From Candidatus Nanoarchaeia archaeon (GTDB taxonomy: Archaea > Nanobdellota > Nanobdellia > CSSed11-243R1), in assembly GCA_028713895.1 (NCBI GenBank), contig JAQTNH010000001.1:886610-950609 (forward strand): a stretch of 64,000 nt of DNA, written 5' to 3'. The translations under genes were made by a program, and so were the position numbers. Positions 19,277 to 29,410 of this stretch are shown in pieces. The notes beneath the pieces are model-generated. The model ran no database searches, was not told the origin of the DNA, and worked only from the letters and a program-made list of their open reading frames with translations. The stretch's first letter is position 1, and each line of letters opens with the position of its first letter.

Positions 19277-20478
19277 AAAAGTTGTTTTTAATGTTAATAT
19301 TGTCAATGCTCGTTTTGAGCATTGCATCTGCGGCAGGAATTGCCACGCTGGACATAAGTGTTCCACGATATGAACCCTACCCTGCACAGCCTGGAGAATA
19401 TGCTGATGTGTGGGTCAAAATTGAAAATGTCGGGGGAGAAGACGCAACCAATGTCAAAATAACTGCAGACCCCAAGTTTCCATTCTCACTTGACTCAGGC
19501 GAGATTGCGCTGAAAGAGCTTGGAACCATACGCGCAGGGCAGTATGAACTTGTCCAATACAAGCTTGTTGTCGATGAAAAAGCGATACAGGGCGACAATG
19601 AGTTCGATGTGAAATATTCTTTCAGCGGATTCACAGACGTAACCCAGAGGCTTAACATAACAGTCCAGACGCATGATGCAATACTTTCAGTTGAGAACAT
19701 ATCAACCGAGCCGCAGAACTTTGTGCCGGGCAAGAATACAAAAGTCATGGTAACTGTAAAGAACATGGATGACGCGTTTTTGAGGGACATCAACATAAAA
19801 CTTGGCGTTGACAATGCAAGCCTGCCGTTTGCGCCTGCAGATTCAACCTCTGAAAAAAGGATTTACCAGATAAGCGCAGGGGATACACAGACGCTTGAGT
19901 TCAACATTCTCACAAAGCCTGATGCTGAAGGCGGATTATACAAAGTTCCAATCACGATTGAATACACAGACTCGGCAGGAACAGGCTACACAAAGAGCGA
20001 CATTGTCGCGTTCACAGTAGGAGATGTTCCAAAACTCAGCATTATACTGGACGAAAGCACAATAAAAACATCAGGGAGCAACGGAAAGGTTTCAATCATG
20101 CTTGTAAACAGCGGGCTTGTGAACCTGAAATTCCTTAACCTGAAACTGCTGGAATCAAATGACTACACGATACTCTCTGCAAAAGAGGAATACATCGGCA
20201 ACCTTGACTCGGATGACACTGACAATGTTGATTTTGACATCTATGCGAAATCCGGGATAAAGTCGCTGAACCTCAGCTTTGAAGTCAGCTATCTTGACAT
20301 AAACAACAATGAATACAATGAAACATTCAAAATGCCTGTGCCTCTTTATTCTGCGTCACAGCTCAGCATGTTCGGATTCCAGACAGGGATGAGCCCGGTA
20401 TTTATTGTAATCATACTGGCTGTAATCGGAGCGGCAGGATTCTTTGTATACAAGAAATTCTTTGCAAAGAAGAAGTAA
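19273..20478 (+). CDS. secreted beta-rich (COG1361/CARDB-like) protein with C-terminal TM anchor
   Basis: Signal peptide, repeated beta-sandwich-like segments, C-terminal TM plus KKFFAKKK. Confidence 0.55.
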   Translation: MKKLFLMLILSMLVLSIASAAGIATLDISVPRYEPYPAQPGEYADVWVKIENVGGEDATNVKITADPKFPFSLDSGEIALKELGTIRAGQYELVQYKLVVDEKAIQGDNEFDVKYSFSGFTDVTQRLNITVQTHDAILSVENISTEPQNFVPGKNTKVMVTVKNMDDAFLRDINIKLGVDNASLPFAPADSTSEKRIYQISAGDTQTLEFNILTKPDAEGGLYKVPITIEYTDSAGTGYTKSDIVAFTVGDVPKLSIILDESTIKTSGSNGKVSIMLVNSGLVNLKFLNLKLLESNDYTILSAKEEYIGNLDSDDTDNVDFDIYAKSGIKSLNLSFEVSYLDINNNEYNETFKMPVPLYSASQLSMFGFQTGMSPVFIVIILAVIGAAGFFVYKKFFAKKK

Positions 20479-20479
20479 A

Positions 20480-21697
20480 ATGATAGCAGACTACCTGAAG
20501 TTTGTGTGGAGCGGACTGCAAAAACGCAAACTCAGGAGCTGGCTCACGATATTAGGAATTCTTATAGGAGTAACTGCAGTAATTGCGCTGATTTCGCTGG
20601 GCAATGGGATGAACGCAGCAATAGGAGAGCTGTTCAGCGGCATAGGCAATGACAAGATATTTGTTTCACCCGGCGGAATGTTCATGGGACCGACAGGCGA
20701 GATGCTCACAAGCGCAAAAATAGATGACCATGACAGGGAGCTGATTGAGAATGTGCGCGGAGTGGAACAGGTAATCGGCTTGGTTACGCGGCAGGCAAAA
20801 ATAAAATTCGGGGAGCAGACCAAATATGCCTCGGTTGTAGCTGCTCCGACAGACAGCGACACTGTCAAGCTTCTTGATTCAATAAGCTTCTACAAGGTTG
20901 GGGAAGGAAGACAGATTAAGAACGGCGACAGGTTCAAGGCAGACATAGGGTTCAATCTTGCGCGCGATATGTTTGACAAAGAGGTCCAGCTTAGCGACAA
21001 TATTGATATTGAGGGGCAGATGTTCCAGGTGGTCGGGATACAGGAGAAAAGCGGGAGCCCTATCCATGACAACATGGTGCGCATCCCGATTGACACAGGC
21101 AGGGAGCTGTTTGGGATTCCGGATGAATACTCAATGTTCATTGTAAAGGTAAAAGAGGGGTCTGACCCCGCAGTTGTTGCAGAAAACATAAAGGAAACAA
21201 TGCGCGATGACAGAAACCTTGATGCTGGAAAAGAGGATTTTTCTGTTGAACTAACTGCAAACGTGATTTCGGGAGTGGGCACAATACTCAGTGTTGTGCA
21301 GATTGCCCTGATTGGAATCGCAAGCATCTCAATAATAGTCGGCGGAATAGGAATCATGAACACGACGTACACATCAGTCACAGAGCGCACAAAAGAGATA
21401 GGAATACTGAAAGCGGTCGGGGCGCAGAACAGGGATATTGTCATAATATTTTTGATTGAAGCAGGCATTCTGGGGCTGGTCGGTGGCGCGCTGGGAGTTG
21501 CGCTTGGAACTGTCCTTGCAAAAGCAGTTGAGCTCGCAGCAGCAAATTTAGGGGCAGATATCCTCAAGGCTGCATTGTCTCCGGGGCTGATTATAGGCTC
21601 GCTTGTATTCTCATTCGGAGTGGGCGCTCTTTCAGGCGTGCTGCCTGCGCTTAAGGCAGCCAAAATGAATATAGTGGAGGCAATAAGCCGTGTCTAA
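20480..21697 (+). CDS. ABC transporter permease (FtsX/MacB family)
   Basis: N-terminal TM, periplasmic-type domain, C-terminal FtsX segment RTKEIGILKAVGA; start reset to the ATG at 20480. Confidence 0.85.
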   Translation: MIADYLKFVWSGLQKRKLRSWLTILGILIGVTAVIALISLGNGMNAAIGELFSGIGNDKIFVSPGGMFMGPTGEMLTSAKIDDHDRELIENVRGVEQVIGLVTRQAKIKFGEQTKYASVVAAPTDSDTVKLLDSISFYKVGEGRQIKNGDRFKADIGFNLARDMFDKEVQLSDNIDIEGQMFQVVGIQEKSGSPIHDNMVRIPIDTGRELFGIPDEYSMFIVKVKEGSDPAVVAENIKETMRDDRNLDAGKEDFSVELTANVISGVGTILSVVQIALIGIASISIIVGGIGIMNTTYTSVTERTKEIGILKAVGAQNRDIVIIFLIEAGILGLVGGALGVALGTVLAKAVELAAANLGADILKAALSPGLIIGSLVFSFGVGALSGVLPALKAAKMNIVEAISRV

Positions 21698-22913
21698 AAT
21701 AATTGATGATTTTAGAATTGCACTGGAAAGCATTCTCAGGAGAAAAACCAGGAGCTTCCTTACAATACTTGCAATAGTGATTGGAATCGCTTCAGTTGTG
21801 GCGCTGATTGGGATAGGAAACGGATTGCAGAACACAATGAACGAACAGTTTGAGCGCATGGGCACTGACAAAATCTTTGTAATGCCCAGCGGGGGAGTCT
21901 ATGGGATAGGCTCAACTGTAGCGCTTAATGAGGATGATTTGAATGTTATTGAAAATGTAAGGGGTGTCCAGCGTGCAGACGGCTGGCCGTACAAGCTCGC
22001 AAGGATGGAATACAATGACATGCTGGTTTACAACTGGGTTATGGGGCCTGATTCCAAGGAGACAGATTATGAAACCCTTGTAACTTCATTCGGGCTGGAG
22101 CTTACAGAAGGCAAAGCCCCGGGTGCAAATGACAGGTACAAGGCAATTGTCGGGTGCATGCTTGCGCATGATGAGAACAATATATTCGGCAAGCTGCTTG
22201 GGATTGGAAAGAAGTTTACAATAGAAGGGCAGGAATTCGAAGTTTCAGGCGTTGTAAGCTGCGTTGGAAACCCAAATGATGACCAGCAGGTTTACATCAA
22301 TGCAGATACGCTGTTTGAACTGTTTAACGTCGAAGAAAAAAGTTATGATATGATAATAATAATGCTGGATAAAAATGTTAATGTCAGCACTGTCGCAGAA
22401 GAGATAACGAAGGATTTGAGGGATTTACGCAATCTTGATGAAGGCGAGGAAGACTTCAGCGTGCAGACAGCAGAGCAGCTGGTTTCAACATTCATGAGCG
22501 TGTTCTCGCTTGTTGTCATAGTAATCGGCGGAATAGGCGCAATCTCGCTCCTGGTCGGCGGAGTGGGGATTGCGAACACGATGTTCACATCAGTGCTTGA
22601 ACGCACGCGCGAAATTGGCGCAATGAAAGCAGTCGGGGCAACCAATACAGACATTCTTTCAATAATCGTGTGGGAGTCTGGGCTCTTTGGCCTGATTGGA
22701 GGCTCTATTGGTGTAACCATAGGATATGCTGTTGCAAAGCTGGTTGGAATTGTTGCGACAAATGTTTTGAAGTACACGTTCACAGTCAGGTTCTCACCTG
22801 GGTTCCTAATAGGAATGCTTGTGTTCGCGTTCGTGCTCGGCGTAATCTCAGGCGCGATTCCAGCATACAGGGCATCAAAGATGAACCCTGTTGAGGCGCT
22901 GAGGTACGAGTAA
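21690..22913 (+). CDS. ABC transporter permease (FtsX/MacB family), second copy
   Basis: RTREIGAMKAVGAT; same topology as the upstream permease. Confidence 0.85.
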   Translation: MSKIIDDFRIALESILRRKTRSFLTILAIVIGIASVVALIGIGNGLQNTMNEQFERMGTDKIFVMPSGGVYGIGSTVALNEDDLNVIENVRGVQRADGWPYKLARMEYNDMLVYNWVMGPDSKETDYETLVTSFGLELTEGKAPGANDRYKAIVGCMLAHDENNIFGKLLGIGKKFTIEGQEFEVSGVVSCVGNPNDDQQVYINADTLFELFNVEEKSYDMIIIMLDKNVNVSTVAEEITKDLRDLRNLDEGEEDFSVQTAEQLVSTFMSVFSLVVIVIGGIGAISLLVGGVGIANTMFTSVLERTREIGAMKAVGATNTDILSIIVWESGLFGLIGGSIGVTIGYAVAKLVGIVATNVLKYTFTVRFSPGFLIGMLVFAFVLGVISGAIPAYRASKMNPVEALRYE

Positions 22914-22967
22914 AACTGTCAAGAAAAAGCATAAACTTATTTAAAGCACAAATTCTAGTCTAACAGC

Positions 22968-24251
22968 ATGGGCTTTTTTGACTGGCTGATAAAACCGAAG
23001 AAGAAAGAGGAAGAAACAATTGTCAGCAGGGAAATAGCAACAGCTGATTTAATCAAGGCGATTAATGATATTGAAGAGGAAAAGTTTTCCGCATTCTACA
23101 AGTCGTTCTGGGAGTTCAACAAGCAGATGGAGATGCTTGCGAAGGAAATCGAGCGCAAGGTTTCCGGACTGGCGAATGCCAGAGTCAGCCAGGATGTTGA
23201 CGGGCGTTTGCTTGCGAAAATACACAGCGCAAAGGAAAACTTCATCAAAAAAACAAACTTCGTGAATTCGAAGCTGAACAAGGGATTCTGCTTCACAACT
23301 TTCGGCGAGATACGCCAGTCGCTTGAGCAGATGGAAGTGCTGGCAAAGGAGCTCAACACAAGCGGAGCAAAATACCTCGGCGCAATAGCGATTGTTTACA
23401 AGCGGCAGGCTGATGACATTGCAACATCAGTCAAAAAAGTGATTGAACTGTTCAAGGAAGTTAAAACATATTTTGAAAGCAATGAAAAGGTTGATGCTTT
23501 TGAAAAACTCAAGGAAAGAGCTGCAAAGCTGGTGGATTTGATTGATTACAGGAAAAAGATAGAAGACGAGACATTTTCAAAGGAGAACGACAAGGAGATC
23601 CTTGAGCGGCAGATTGATGATTTGAAGAAAAAAATCAGCGTGTACGAAGGCGCAGAGAGCTACAAGAACGTAAAGCCTGCTGAGACTGAACTGCAGAAGC
23701 AGGCAGAGGAGCTGAACAGCGAGAAAGTAATGCTGCGGAACAAATTCGCAGACTTCAGCAAGGCGGCAGCAAAGTTTTTGCACGATTACCCGCTAAGCAA
23801 GGAGGATGAGCGACTGCTCAACATGTATCTCAGCGAGCCGTATGACGCAATGGATTCTGACCCTGAGTTTGAGATTCTTGGCACCCTAAAAGAGATGAAA
23901 AAGGCGGTTGAAGCTGAAAAGTTCAGTTTGGATGAGCGCCTGACAAAGAAAAGCGCGGCTGCGCTGGCAGAGTTCATTTCAGGAGACGCGCTGAAGAAAA
24001 GCATGGACAAAAAGAAGGAAATTATAAAGCGGATTGTCGAGCTGAGGGTTGAGCTTGAAAAATCAGGCATATTTGAGCTGAATGCCCTCAACGTAAAGCT
24101 GAAAGACGATGAAAAAAAGCATAAAGACACAACAACCGCGCTGCAGGTGCAGGAAGAGCTGCTGAGAAAGAACATGGACGGCATTGGAAAGCTGAAGAGC
24201 GAGGTTTCTGACTTGTTCCTGAAGTTCAGCATAAACGCAAAGATAAATTGA
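22968..24251 (+). CDS. coiled-coil protein
   Basis: 427 aa, K/E-rich heptad-like sequence throughout. Confidence 0.5.
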   Translation: MGFFDWLIKPKKKEEETIVSREIATADLIKAINDIEEEKFSAFYKSFWEFNKQMEMLAKEIERKVSGLANARVSQDVDGRLLAKIHSAKENFIKKTNFVNSKLNKGFCFTTFGEIRQSLEQMEVLAKELNTSGAKYLGAIAIVYKRQADDIATSVKKVIELFKEVKTYFESNEKVDAFEKLKERAAKLVDLIDYRKKIEDETFSKENDKEILERQIDDLKKKISVYEGAESYKNVKPAETELQKQAEELNSEKVMLRNKFADFSKAAAKFLHDYPLSKEDERLLNMYLSEPYDAMDSDPEFEILGTLKEMKKAVEAEKFSLDERLTKKSAAALAEFISGDALKKSMDKKKEIIKRIVELRVELEKSGIFELNALNVKLKDDEKKHKDTTTALQVQEELLRKNMDGIGKLKSEVSDLFLKFSINAKIN

Positions 24252-24256
24252 ACAGA

Positions 24257-25258
24257 TTATAAGAAAATAGTCCAGTATGTTTCTGTTAATTCATCCGCAG
24301 CAGACATAATTAAATCGCTATAGTCTCCCAGTTTTAATCCAGTCAGGCTGCTATTGTCTGCACTTCTTAATGCATCAAGATAGTCTTTGCGCTTTTTTTT
24401 GTGGATTACTAAGGGGGGATAATTGTTTCTTATTAGGATATAATTAAGAAGCATTCGTCCAGTTCTGCCATTTCCGTCCATGAAAGGATGAATCTTTTCA
24501 AATTTGTGATGAAAAATGGTTGCTAAAACAAGCGGATGCAGTTTTCCTTCGTTCTTTTTGTACCATCCCAGCAATATTTCCATATCTGCTTTCACATAAG
24601 GCGCCGGAGTTGCATCAAAACTTGCTTTGATTACATGAACATCGGAGGTCCTGTATCCGCCTCTTCGTACATCTATGTTTTCCATAAGTCCAGAATGCAG
24701 TTTTATTATAAAATCGTGGGTTATTTCCTCGTTTGAGCCGTAAATTTTGAAGAATACTTTTTCGGTGTTCTGCAAATCATAGATTTCTCTTAGTGTCTTA
24801 TCCTTGGGAGTCAGGCCTTCCTGAAGCAGATTCTTTGCTTCATCAAGAGTTATGGTATTCCCTTCGATTGAGGTTGTATTAAATGAAAATTCTATTACAA
24901 AATTTTTAAGAATTTCATTCTTTGATATTTCGTTCTGGTGTTTGAATACAGAAGTGTAATGAAGCTTGCATGCTTCCACTGGACTAAGTTTTTCCATCAA
25001 AAAAACGTCTTTTTTAAGCTTCATTGCAAGTACTTTTTCAAGGTAGTAGTTGGATTCAAGAAAATGATGAATTGTTTTGTATGCTTTTCGTATACTGTCC
25101 TTATGCTGCGAAAGCGCGGCGAGACCCTTCTTTACTTCATCGATGGAATTTCCTAGATAAGCGACATCTTTTGAAATTACCTTTTTGCCTTTTCGTTCAG
25201 ATACGCGAAGGTAATAATAATTTCTCCCGCCAGTTGTCTTTTTGTATACATAAACCAT
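24257..25258 (-). CDS. Fic-domain protein
   Basis: HPFMDGNGRTGRMLLN = HxFx(D/E)GNGRxxR. Confidence 0.85.
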   Translation of the reverse strand: MVYVYKKTTGGRNYYYLRVSERKGKKVISKDVAYLGNSIDEVKKGLAALSQHKDSIRKAYKTIHHFLESNYYLEKVLAMKLKKDVFLMEKLSPVEACKLHYTSVFKHQNEISKNEILKNFVIEFSFNTTSIEGNTITLDEAKNLLQEGLTPKDKTLREIYDLQNTEKVFFKIYGSNEEITHDFIIKLHSGLMENIDVRRGGYRTSDVHVIKASFDATPAPYVKADMEILLGWYKKNEGKLHPLVLATIFHHKFEKIHPFMDGNGRTGRMLLNYILIRNNYPPLVIHKKKRKDYLDALRSADNSSLTGLKLGDYSDLIMSAADELTETYWTIFL

Positions 25259-25291
25259 ACCACATTCTAAACAAATCCTGTTTATATAGTT

Positions 25292-25327
25292 TACCCTCTA
25301 CATCTTAAAAATCAATTGTAGAGGGTA
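25292..25327. terminator. 11-bp perfect hairpin (TACCCTCTACA-14 nt-TGTAGAGGGTA)
   Basis: Read directly; lies between the stop of 25340..25624 and the start of the Fic gene. Confidence 0.3.
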
Positions 25328-25339
25328 GATTACGAAAAG

Positions 25340-25624
25340 TTAGAACCTGAAAAATTCCATCTTGCTGTCCAAAGGGAAAGGAAGCAATTCTTCAAGAGGG
25401 ACATACAGTTTTTTCGTTTTTTCATCACGCTTAAGAATTCCATCCGCCCTGTTTTGTTTTGCATGGATAACAGTATTATAGGCCTTAATTGTCTGGTAAG
25501 CCATTGCGCTGAAAAGATATGCTCCAACCACAACATCTAGTGCGTTCATTTGCATTCCCTGTTTTTTGTGTTCAGACTCCAGTGTACATGAGAACCGATG
25601 CAACATGCAGGATGAAAGGGTCAA
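25340..25624 (-). CDS. hypothetical small protein
   Basis: 94-aa ORF; one hydrophobic segment. Confidence 0.35.
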   Translation of the reverse strand: MTLSSCMLHRFSCTLESEHKKQGMQMNALDVVVGAYLFSAMAYQTIKAYNTVIHAKQNRADGILKRDEKTKKLYVPLEELLPFPLDSKMEFFRF

Positions 25625-25635
25625 AAAAGAAAAAA

Positions 25636-25896
25636 TTACTCGTTGTTATTGAAATAGCCCCTGATTTCCTTCTGTTTCATAAGATTCCAAGCAAACTTTT
25701 TTGCGTCGTCTATCCTATTGAACTCCCTCTTGAACAGCCTTCGCTTGTAGTTTGAGAGGTTCCTAAATGGTTCTACGATAAACTGCCTCTTTGGCATCTT
25801 CTCTTTCCATAGAAAGATGGAATAATTCTTCCTGCTGTAGCATTCGTAGTTTTCTGTCTCAGCAGTCTTTTTCCATCCTTTCGGTATGCGCCCCAT
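25636..25896 (-). CDS. hypothetical small basic protein
   Basis: 86-aa ORF. Confidence 0.4.
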   Translation of the reverse strand: MGRIPKGWKKTAETENYECYSRKNYSIFLWKEKMPKRQFIVEPFRNLSNYKRRLFKREFNRIDDAKKFAWNLMKQKEIRGYFNNNE

Positions 25897-26045
25897 AAGA
25901 CTATTTTGACGCAGACGTGATATATATAGGTTTGCTTCATTATACGGACAATATAATATAGCAACTGCCCTTTTCTTTTATCAAAAGAAAAGCGTAAGCT
26001 GCGGAAAAGAAAATTGTTATAATTACGCATTTTCTGGTTCTAAAC

Positions 26046-26579
26046 ATGAAAAAGATGCTTGCGTTCCCGGATTTGCGGCAGTACAGCAGCTATGACTGCG
26101 GCGCAAATGCCATACAGTCAGTGCTTGCATACTATGGCCTGAATGTCCGCGAAGACAGGATAGTCAAAATCGCCGGAAGCACAGCAAAGATAGGCACTGA
26201 ACCAGAAGGTTTTGAGAAGATTGCACGGAAATTCGGGTTCAAATGCAGGATAGAACAGATGACAATCAGGGACTTGAAGAAAAGCATTGACAAGAAACAG
26301 CCGGTTGTGCTGTTGCTGCAGGCGTACCCTGACAAAAAGGTTCTGAACTGGGAAAAAACCTGGCATACAGGGCACTATGCTGTTGCAATAGGCTACGACA
26401 GCAAGAAAATTTACTTTGAAGACCCTTCTTCAATGTGCAGGACATACCTCTCTTTCAAGGAGCTGGACAAGCGCTGGCATGACAAGGATGCATTCGGGAA
26501 GAAGTACGAACACGCGGGCATAATCTTCGCTGGAAAAAAGCCGAAATATAATCCTGAGAAAGCTGTGCATATGGACTAA
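26046..26579 (+). CDS. C39-like papain-fold cysteine peptidase
   Basis: QYSSYDCGANAIQSVLAYYG (catalytic Cys context) and TGHYAVAIGYD (His). Confidence 0.65.
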   Translation: MKKMLAFPDLRQYSSYDCGANAIQSVLAYYGLNVREDRIVKIAGSTAKIGTEPEGFEKIARKFGFKCRIEQMTIRDLKKSIDKKQPVVLLLQAYPDKKVLNWEKTWHTGHYAVAIGYDSKKIYFEDPSSMCRTYLSFKELDKRWHDKDAFGKKYEHAGIIFAGKKPKYNPEKAVHMD

Positions 26580-27016
26580 GAAACTGCATCTTCAAGCTTA
26601 ATCAGCTTGAGTTTTATGTTTTCACGTTCAAAAAAGCCCTGCCAGTACTCATCTTTAGTGGCAGAGTAGCAGAACCAGTTCTCAGCGTCTCTTTTGCTTG
26701 ACCCTTGTTTAATCAGGTCTTCATTGATATATGAACTCTGGAGCGTATGCCCCAGAAACTCGTTTGGAAGTGTGTCAGGCCAGATAAGAGCCAGAGAATA
26801 AACTGTGTCTATTTTATGTTTTTTAAGATATCTTACTGCGAGTTCATTTGTATATCTGCCTATGCAGTCATAAGGAACGCCTTTTTGTTCGCACGGATGG
26901 AATTTTTCTACAAGTTTTCCTTTTTCAACCTGCAGGATGGCAACAGAACTCTCTTCAGTATAATCTGCCTGAAAGTTGAATACAAAATAACAGCCTTCTA
27001 GTTCTTTGAGACTCAT
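26576..27016 (-). CDS. hypothetical protein
   Basis: 146-aa ORF. Confidence 0.5.
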   Translation of the reverse strand: MSLKELEGCYFVFNFQADYTEESSVAILQVEKGKLVEKFHPCEQKGVPYDCIGRYTNELAVRYLKKHKIDTVYSLALIWPDTLPNEFLGHTLQSSYINEDLIKQGSSKRDAENWFCYSATKDEYWQGFFERENIKLKLIKLEDAVS

Positions 27017-27042
27017 TTATACCGCCTGTTTAAATTTAAGAA

Positions 27043-27351
27043 TTATTCGACCATTTCGATTTCTACGTTGACATCCTTTGGCATTGGGATTCTCATGATA
27101 AGTCGCAATGCCCGTTCGTCAACTGCCAAATCAATGACACGCTTGTGAATCCGCATTTCCCAGGTTTCGTAAAGTTCGCGTCCCCTGCCGTCTGGCGCGG
27201 TTCTTGTAGGAACCTTTAATCGCTTTGTTGGCAGCGGAATAGGGCCTGAGAAATTTACGCCAGTTCTTTTTGCAATGTCCTTAATCTGGTCAATAATAGT
27301 AGTCAATTGTTCAGGTTCTGTTGAACTCAGTCTTATTCGTGCTATTGGCAT
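27043..27351 (-). CDS. rps10: ribosomal protein uS10
   Basis: [11 protein letters not shown]...[23 protein letters not shown]...[12 protein letters not shown]. Confidence 0.9.
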   Translation of the reverse strand: MPIARIRLSSTEPEQLTTIIDQIKDIAKRTGVNFSGPIPLPTKRLKVPTRTAPDGRGRELYETWEMRIHKRVIDLAVDERALRLIMRIPMPKDVNVEIEMVE

Positions 27352-27409
27352 AAGATAATTCCAACAAAACGGGTTTATAAAGATTATGCCAAGATTTTTA
27401 TAGAACCTT

Positions 27410-27979
27410 GTGCTTTACAATAGAATGAATCCTAAGCAGGTAATTGGCAGATACTTCGAGGGCTATGTAATGGTTCTTTTTGATTTAGTAAAGACTGAAA
27501 AAAAGGAATTTCCTGATTTGGTTTCAAAAGACGACTTGTTAGGCCGCCTGTTATATGTTGAGGTGAAATCGTCAAAGGAAGGCGGCGTGATAAAAGAGGC
27601 GCAGCTGAAAAGATTTGGGGGAATCGCTGATGCACGGAGGTCCTATGCATTGTGCTATCATACCCTTACAGACATTGAGGAAACATATCCCACTGAAGGC
27701 GGGCTTATTTATGCGCTTAACCAATGTAAAAAACAGGTTTATCTTTTCCCGTTCAGCATTGTAAAGGCGCATTTTGAAGCAGGCAAAAAACAGATATATG
27801 CGGGCATGGACAGGTTTGTGCATTTCAGGCAGAACCAGGCAAGGGACATTTTCAATAAGGATGCAGGCATGTGGGACAAGCTCGGGCTTGACATGAGTGA
27901 TTATACAACTGAATCCGATGTTCCATATATTTATATTATAAAACGCAAGCCGACTGATGTAGTTCAGGCGCTTGTGTAA
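27410..27979 (+). CDS. PD-(D/E)xK-fold nuclease-like protein
   Basis: FEGYV ... FPDLVSKDD ... [10 protein letters not shown] reads as a D...ExK core; GTG start, alternative ATG at 27425. Confidence 0.4.
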   Translation: MLYNRMNPKQVIGRYFEGYVMVLFDLVKTEKKEFPDLVSKDDLLGRLLYVEVKSSKEGGVIKEAQLKRFGGIADARRSYALCYHTLTDIEETYPTEGGLIYALNQCKKQVYLFPFSIVKAHFEAGKKQIYAGMDRFVHFRQNQARDIFNKDAGMWDKLGLDMSDYTTESDVPYIYIIKRKPTDVVQALV

Positions 27980-27989
27980 GCAGGCAAGG

Positions 27990-28730
27990 CTAAAAATTCA
28001 GAACAGAAATTATTTTTTCTAAGTCTGTGTAGTCGTCAAATAGATAATCAGGCTTTGCTGCTTCGAGCAATTTTTTCCTGCGCGAATAACTCTTTCCAGC
28101 CTTTGAACTGCCTGAATCGTGCGAGTTCTTTATTACTGCAACGCTTATGCATCCTGTTTTCCTGGCGGACTCAACATCTGCAGGAACATCCCCGAAAACA
28201 TATATCTTTGTTTTGAAATTGACAAGCCCGAGCTTCTTTGCAGAATTTATGGCTTTGGAAACAAGCTCGTACCTGTGTGAAATGCCATCGCCGTAGCTGT
28301 TGATTCGCGGGTCAAAGTAATCGTACAATCCAGCGATATCCAGTATTGACTCGCCAACTTTCTTTATGTTCCCTGTCACAACACCCATTGGGATGTTCTT
28401 TGACTTGAGTTTCTGAAGCAGTGATGCAACTCCAGGAAGCACAATATTAGAATCTTTTGAAGCCTGCTTAAGATTATGCTCGAACTGTTTGGCATATTCA
28501 GAAACCATACTTGGGAACCCATTTTGTATTGTCTCCGCGTCAATGCCTTTGTTCCGAAGAGGTATTGCTATCACGTCCTTCTGCGGCTTTCCGTAATTTT
28601 CCTCTATTTCGGAGGAAGATAACTCAGTCTTGTACACTTTTTTGAATGCTTTCTGGTAAGCAGGAGTGTGGTACCTGTATATGTCTACAAGATTCCCGTC
28701 AATGTCCCACAGCGTAAGGATATTTTTCAT
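27990..28730 (-). CDS. HAD-superfamily phosphatase
   Basis: LWDIDGNLVD (DxDxx) must sit near the N-terminus, so the start is reset to the ATG at 28730; GDVPADVESARKTG. Confidence 0.7.
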   Translation of the reverse strand: MKNILTLWDIDGNLVDIYRYHTPAYQKAFKKVYKTELSSSEIEENYGKPQKDVIAIPLRNKGIDAETIQNGFPSMVSEYAKQFEHNLKQASKDSNIVLPGVASLLQKLKSKNIPMGVVTGNIKKVGESILDIAGLYDYFDPRINSYGDGISHRYELVSKAINSAKKLGLVNFKTKIYVFGDVPADVESARKTGCISVAVIKNSHDSGSSKAGKSYSRRKKLLEAAKPDYLFDDYTDLEKIISVLNF

Positions 28731-28814
28731 TAAAGTTTCTGTAATCGCAAAACCACCTTTTTGGTTAATATAAACCAAATAATGGGTTATCAATAAAGAT
28801 TGCGGTAGAACTTA

Positions 28815-29156
28815 TTAAGGTCTGTAAATTCTTTCGAGTAATTTTTCTCTTGATACAGGAGGTAATCCCGAACTATTGATATTGTTAATATAATCATGCA
28901 CATGGTGTCGTCTTATCATTTCACGTTTATTCTCAGGGTCATTCAAATATGCCAGGATTTCTTCTTCAGTATACTGTTTTTGTTCAGGGTGCTGTTCAGG
29001 CGTACTGACAGTCCCAAAGACAATGTCTTCATCTTCTGGGTTAAGATCGAATATCTTTTTGCGGATATCTGATCTAGCTGTCAGAAGTTCAGGATTATTT
29101 GTTCTATTGTGCACGAGCTCTTCCAGCTTCTTTTTTTCTTCAGGAGTTAGGGGCAT
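28815..29156 (-). CDS. hypothetical protein
   Basis: 113-aa ORF. Confidence 0.5.
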   Translation of the reverse strand: MPLTPEEKKKLEELVHNRTNNPELLTARSDIRKKIFDLNPEDEDIVFGTVSTPEQHPEQKQYTEEEILAYLNDPENKREMIRRHHVHDYINNINSSGLPPVSREKLLERIYRP

Positions 29157-29410
29157 GGTTTCATCTATTATATACAGATTTATTTAACTTTGCAAAAATA
29201 AAAATAAAAAAACTAGAAATTAAAAAAGAAAAAATTACTTGGTGCGAGGCACCAAATCTATGCAGAGGGCAAGTAACATGGCATTGGTTGTCATTTCAGA
29301 GTGACAATAAGATAACCTATCCATTAGCAGAAAAATCTGTACAGAATGTGTTTCGAGAAGCACGGGGTATCAATCCATCTATAATAGCATATACGGACTA
29401 AGGTGATTAT

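Noticed and set aside
20890-21663. 257-aa antisense ORF inside the ABC permease gene, and similar antisense ORFs at 6606-7091, 12399-13305, 14512-14844 and 62444-62857
   Set aside because: Each lies opposite a gene with strong family motifs. Their A/S/P/R-rich compositions are typical of shadow ORFs.
25970-25992. 10-bp perfect AT-rich hairpin CTTTTCTTTT-ATC-AAAAGAAAAG in the divergent intergenic region
   Set aside because: It is homopolymer-like A/T sequence of low information content, and I see no second copy or obvious function. I noted it but did not call it.
29099-29401. 100-aa ORF immediately upstream of the integrase as an excisionase
   Set aside because: The first half translates an A/T homopolymer-rich spacer (KIKIKKLEIKKEK). 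The C-terminal 37 aa has no convincing HTH and only a TTG start.
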